DNA from: Eledone cirrhosa | Lineage: Eukaryota | Assembly: GCA_964016885.1 (NCBI GenBank) | Contig: CAXHJY010001105.1 | Span: 124,001-188,000 of the forward strand | Direction: 5' to 3' | Length of the DNA: 64,000 nucleotides | Part shown: in pieces, positions 61,663-64,000 of the stretch | Position numbering within the stretch: the stretch's first letter is position 1 | Layout: each line of letters begins with the position of its first letter | Made by a program: the position numbers and the translations under genes | The notes under the pieces: generated by a model | Database searches by the model: none | The model's input: only the letters and a program-made list of their open reading frames with translations | What the model was told of the DNA's origin: nothing

Positions 61663-61887
61663 ACAAGAATATGAAGCGCCACCTACGTGCCACTGTTGTA
61701 AGCTGAGAATATATCGGCCCATTGATGGATGTTTCTAGCGAGACGGTTGGCTGTCATCACCCTGATTGCCTCCAGTACACACCCTCTCGCTAATGTGCTC
61801 TCTTCGGAGATCTTTTGGTTGGTGTTCTCAATTGTAGTTTCCATAGCAACCTGTTGGTAGTCACGGTAACCAGTTAGTTATAATATA

Positions 61888-61925
61888 CTAGCAGAAAAAC
61901 CACCATTCGGGTGGTTTTCTGCTAG
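61888..61925 (-). other. Near-perfect 38-bp hairpin, also a Helitron-like 3' terminus on the minus strand
   Basis: CTAGCAGAAAA(A)CCACC-ATTCG-GGTGGTTTTCTGCTAG. The minus strand reads CCACC-CGAAT-GGTGG TTTTTCTGCTAG|T. Confidence 0.55.
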
Positions 61926-64000
61926 CATGTGTAGTGTGTATATTGGTATTATACACAAGTATATATACATGTAGATATGTTACATGTGTAGTGTGTATAT
62001 TGGTATTATACACAAGTATATATACATGTAGATATGATACATGTGTAGTGTGTATATTGGTATTATACACAAGTATATATACATGCTCACCGACATCCAG
62101 AGTTGACATTGCACTCAGTGCTCCTTTGGGAGCCCCTACATGGACACACTAGAAGAGGAAGACCAAGGTTAACATATGTTGATGCCCTAAGGACAGACAC
62201 TGGTCTGTTGGAGATGCAGGATATGGCAGCGATAATGAGGGACAGAGACCGCTGGAGAGAACTCGTCCATGGATCTTGGGAATTTTACCCGCCTTAGATA
62301 GATAGATATATACATGTAGATATGTTACATGTGTAGTGTGTATATTGGTATTATACGCAAGTATATATACATGTAGATATATTACATGTGTAGTGTGTAT
62401 ATTGGTGTTATACACAAGTATATATGATACATGTGTAGTGTGTATATTGATATTATACACAAGTATATATACATATAGATATGATACATGTGTAGTGTGT
62501 ATATTGGTATCATACACAAGTATATATACATGTAGATATGTTACATGTGTAGTGTGTATATTGATATTATACACAAGTATATATGCATATAGATATGATA
62601 CATGTGTAGTGTGTATATTGATATTATATGCAAGTATATATACATGTAGATATGATACATGTGTAGTGTGTATATTTATATTATACACAAGTATATATAC
62701 ATATAGATATGTTACATGTGTAGTGTGTATATTGATATTATACACAAGTATATATACATGTAGATATGATACATCTGTAGTGTGTATATTGATATTATAT
62801 GCAAGTATATATACATGTAGATGTGATACATGTGTAGTGTGTATATTGATATTATACGCAAGTATATATACATGTAGATATGATACATGTGTAGTGTGTA
62901 TATTGATATATACACAAGTATATATACATGTAGATATGTTACATGTGTAGTGTGTATATTGATATTATACACAAGTATATATACATGTAGATATGTTACA
63001 TGTGTAGTGTGTATATTGATATTATATGCAAGTATATATACATGTAGATGTGATACATGTGTAGTATGTATATTGATATTATACACAAGTATATATACAT
63101 GTAGATATGATACATGTGTAGTGTGTATATTGATATCATACACAAGTATATATACATGTAGATATGTTACATGTGTAGTGTGTATATTGATATTATATGC
63201 AAGTATATATACATGTAGATATGTTACATATGTAGTGTGTATATTGATATTATACACAAGTATATATACATGTAGATATGTTACATGTGTAGTATGTATA
63301 TTGATATTATACACAAGTATATATACATGTAGATATGATACATCTGTAGTGTGTATATTGATATTATATGCAAGTATATATACATGTAGATGTGATACAT
63401 GTGTAGTGTGTATATTGATATTATACGCATGTATATATACATGTAGATATGTTACATGTGTAGTGTGTATATTGATATTATACACAAGTATATATACATG
63501 TAGATGTTACATGTGTAGTGTGTATATTGATATTATACACAAGTATATATACATGTAGATATGTTACATGTGTAGTGTGTATATTGGTATTATACACAAG
63601 TATATATGATACATGTGTAGTGTGTATATTGATATTTTACACAAGTATATATGATACATGTGTAGTGTGTATATTTATATTATACACAAGTATATATGAT
63701 ACATGTGTAGTGTGTATATTGATATTATACACAAGTATATATGATACATGTGTAGTGTGTATACTGATATTATACACAAGTATATATGATACATGTGTAG
63801 TGTGTATATTGATATTATACACAAGTATATATACATGTAGATATGTTACATGTGTAAATTGATATATACACAAGTATATATACTTTTGTATACTGATATT
63901 ATACACAAGTATATATACATGTAGATATGTTACATGTGTAGTGTGTATATTGGTATTATACACAAGTATATATACATGTAAATGTGTTACATGTGTAGTG
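61926..64000. repeat. 57-bp AT-rich satellite with 45-bp variants, runs off the window end
   Basis: Unit CATGTGTAGTGTGTATATTG(G/A)TATTATACACAAGTATATATACATGTAGATATG(T/A)TA. 19-aa period in the ORF track. Confidence 0.95.
62086..62305 (+). mobile_element. 5'-truncated RTE/RTEX-type LINE inserted in the 57-bp satellite
   Basis: Open frame HRHPELTLHSVLLWEPLHGHTRRGRPRLTYVDALRTDTG..MRDRDRWRELV..*, a (GATA)n tail, and an 11-bp TSD ATATATACATG at 62075-62085 and 62306-62316. Confidence 0.88.

Noticed and set aside
60761-63963. Poly-Val/Leu/Cys ORFs and (TCVVCILILYTSIY)n ORFs
   Set aside because: Translations of the trinucleotide microsatellite and the 57/45-bp satellite.

Overview
Eukaryotic (animal) heterochromatin-like window with no host gene; from memory the SINEs resemble octopus/cephalopod families (unverified). 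Five unrelated tandem arrays (48, 65, 79, 72/60 and 57/45 bp units) and an (AAC)n-type microsatellite cover about two thirds of it, and their 3n-length units explain most long ORFs. The rest is mobile DNA: tRNA-type SINEs, a dead DD37D (maT-type) Tc1/mariner transposon, RTE-type LINE remnants and Helitron-like 3' ends. The main feature is three near-identical, full-length ~5.65 kb two-ORF Tx1/L1-group non-LTR retrotransposons (40966-46620, 47178-52827, 52893-58548, minus strand). All three sit at the same base of the 72-bp satellite monomer (TATAGAGT^AATGTAA), lack a tail and a TSD, and replace the same 7 bp of target. This is a candidate satellite-targeting retrotransposon; one insertion later duplicated with the array is the alternative. 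Several arrays also appear to have arisen inside mobile elements, most clearly the 65-bp array inside an RTE coding remnant.
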